Source: Dicyema japonicum (Eukaryota > Animalia > Dicyemida). From it: a DNA stretch of 64,000 nt. The notes beneath the pieces are model-generated. The model was not told the origin of the DNA and searched no databases. It was given only the letters and a program-made list of their open reading frames with translations. Position numbers and translations under genes: made by a program. The stretch spans positions 17,314 to 81,313 of the forward strand of contig RDEW01000106.1 in assembly GCA_011109175.1 (NCBI GenBank), in the 5' to 3' direction. Positions 62,586 through 64,000 of the stretch are shown piece after piece. How positions within the stretch are numbered: position 1 is the first letter of the stretch; each line of letters begins with the position of its first letter.

Positions 62586-64000
62586 AGAAAATTTATAAAT
62601 CGACCAAATAGTTTTTTATTTATTATAAAACATACGATAATGAAATGTCGACTTTTATAAAAAATCAGTGAGGAGATTTCCCATGTTCTGATTTTTCTGC
62701 GAAATCAAGTTTCCCTTGACTCATAGCTATTTTGTAAGAATTAATGCAACAAATTCTTGTGCTTAATCGTTTTCTTGTGTCAGTCAATAAAATATTTTTT
62801 ATAATTGTTAATTTTTACATGGCTTGCAATAGAATCACTTATCGAAGCTATAACAAAATTCTTCTTTAAATTGACAAATATTTTCTTTTTAATCTAAATT
62901 GAGACGGTTTGAACGTGGCATAACAAGGAATAGTAATTTTACACGTGTTTAATATTTTAAAATTAAAAATGGCATTTATGGCAAATAAAATGAATTATGG
63001 CATTTAACACCAAAATAGAAAAAATGGCACGTCAGGGCAGCTTCTACATAACCGTTACTATATTTTCTTTCCTAAATAAATTCTTTGACTTCTTCAAGGT
63101 AAAACATTTTTAAAAATTATATAATTTAACTCGTTAATAAAAAATGACCATTCCTTAAAAATTGCATTTATGGCAAAAGTTGCCCTAGTCATAACTAATT
63201 AATCCAAGGAAGCAACCCAAGGGAGAACATGTTCTTTTGTCCGAAAATATATTTACCCTTATCCCAATTTTAATGATTAGAAAGTGACGCTATTGATCGG
63301 GAAACCCTATAAAGTGATAAGTCTCCATTTTGGCCTGCAGGCATGAGAGTTACCTCTCATAATCGCAGGTCCAAAATTTAACATTGAGATCTATAAAGGG
63401 CTATTTAAAATCGTCTCTCGTTGGGCACTTACACTAGGATTCGAGGATCATGCCTTTGGGTGTCCACCTTAAATGAGGATCGTACAATATTTCAGACCAC
63501 TCAACCTTCCCTTTATCTAAAAAAAACACTCAGGAAAATCCCACATCCGACAAAAGACCTAACCTGGACAAAAAATATACATGATTTTGTGTTTAAGAAC
63601 CCTCAAAGAGAACAAGATACAGGAGCTCAGATCCTCTGAGATTAGCGCTTCAGAACTGCTATTTCCGAGGGCCATCAGAGTGAAATTTTCTCGTTTAAGA
63701 AGTGTACATCATCAGAATCTGACTGGGATAATAGTTCGGGATCTCTTTGCTTACCCTGGACCACCAGGGCTCGGTGGATCTCTGGGAGCATCTTGTTTTT
63801 TGAATACCACCAGTTTCATAAAAGTTACCGAAACTAGGATTAATAATTTAATTTAATTCAGAACAGGGGGATAGAACGGAAAAGTCCATTACTGTCGGTG
63901 TCTTTACTCATATGCACTTAATAGTTTATTTCAAGATCTTCTCAAAATTTTTTTTAATGCAATGATGACTATTTGGTGGACTCTGAAGCATTCAGAGAAT

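Noticed and set aside
1-64000. Nuclear UAG reassignment (alternative genetic code)
   Set aside because: Only one internal TAG (FAM32A) among roughly 3000 modelled host codons; reassignment would predict many. Kept only as a minor alternative

Overview
AT-rich eukaryotic (metazoan) nuclear DNA, not prokaryotic. I reconstruct about 10 host genes by hand, and almost all their introns are 20-29 nt GT-AG introns, so the ORF track fragments or misses them. The genes are MTERF3, a C2H2 zinc-finger factor, hyccin/FAM126, acetyl-CoA synthetase (ACSS2-like), a small secreted orphan, a USPL1 homolog lacking its catalytic triad, MDP1, MSL3-like, MPRIP/outspread-like and FAM32A, plus tentative GPAA1-like and mu-adaptin-like loci. 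Animal-type genes plus ultra-short introns suggest a reduced parasitic animal such as a dicyemid or myxozoan (inference). Between the genes lies dense transposon debris: about 15 CRE-clade (RLE) non-LTR fragments, APE-type LINEs, RTE pieces, a tRNA-derived SINE, and pogo/Tigger, hAT, MULE-foldback and Ginger-like remnants. The most unusual signals are: (1) strong, context-independent over-representation of the palindrome CACGTG (46 sites by manual count versus about 6 expected), resembling a highly iterated palindrome; (2) a TSD-flanked, 5'-inverted (twin-primed) CRE insertion and other 5'-to-5' fused retroelement pairs; (3) the catalytically dead USPL1; (4) an in-frame TAG in an otherwise intact FAM32A. 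All alignments are from memory of the protein families; no searches were run. Several genes need a single extra base in a homopolymer run, which suggests assembly errors.
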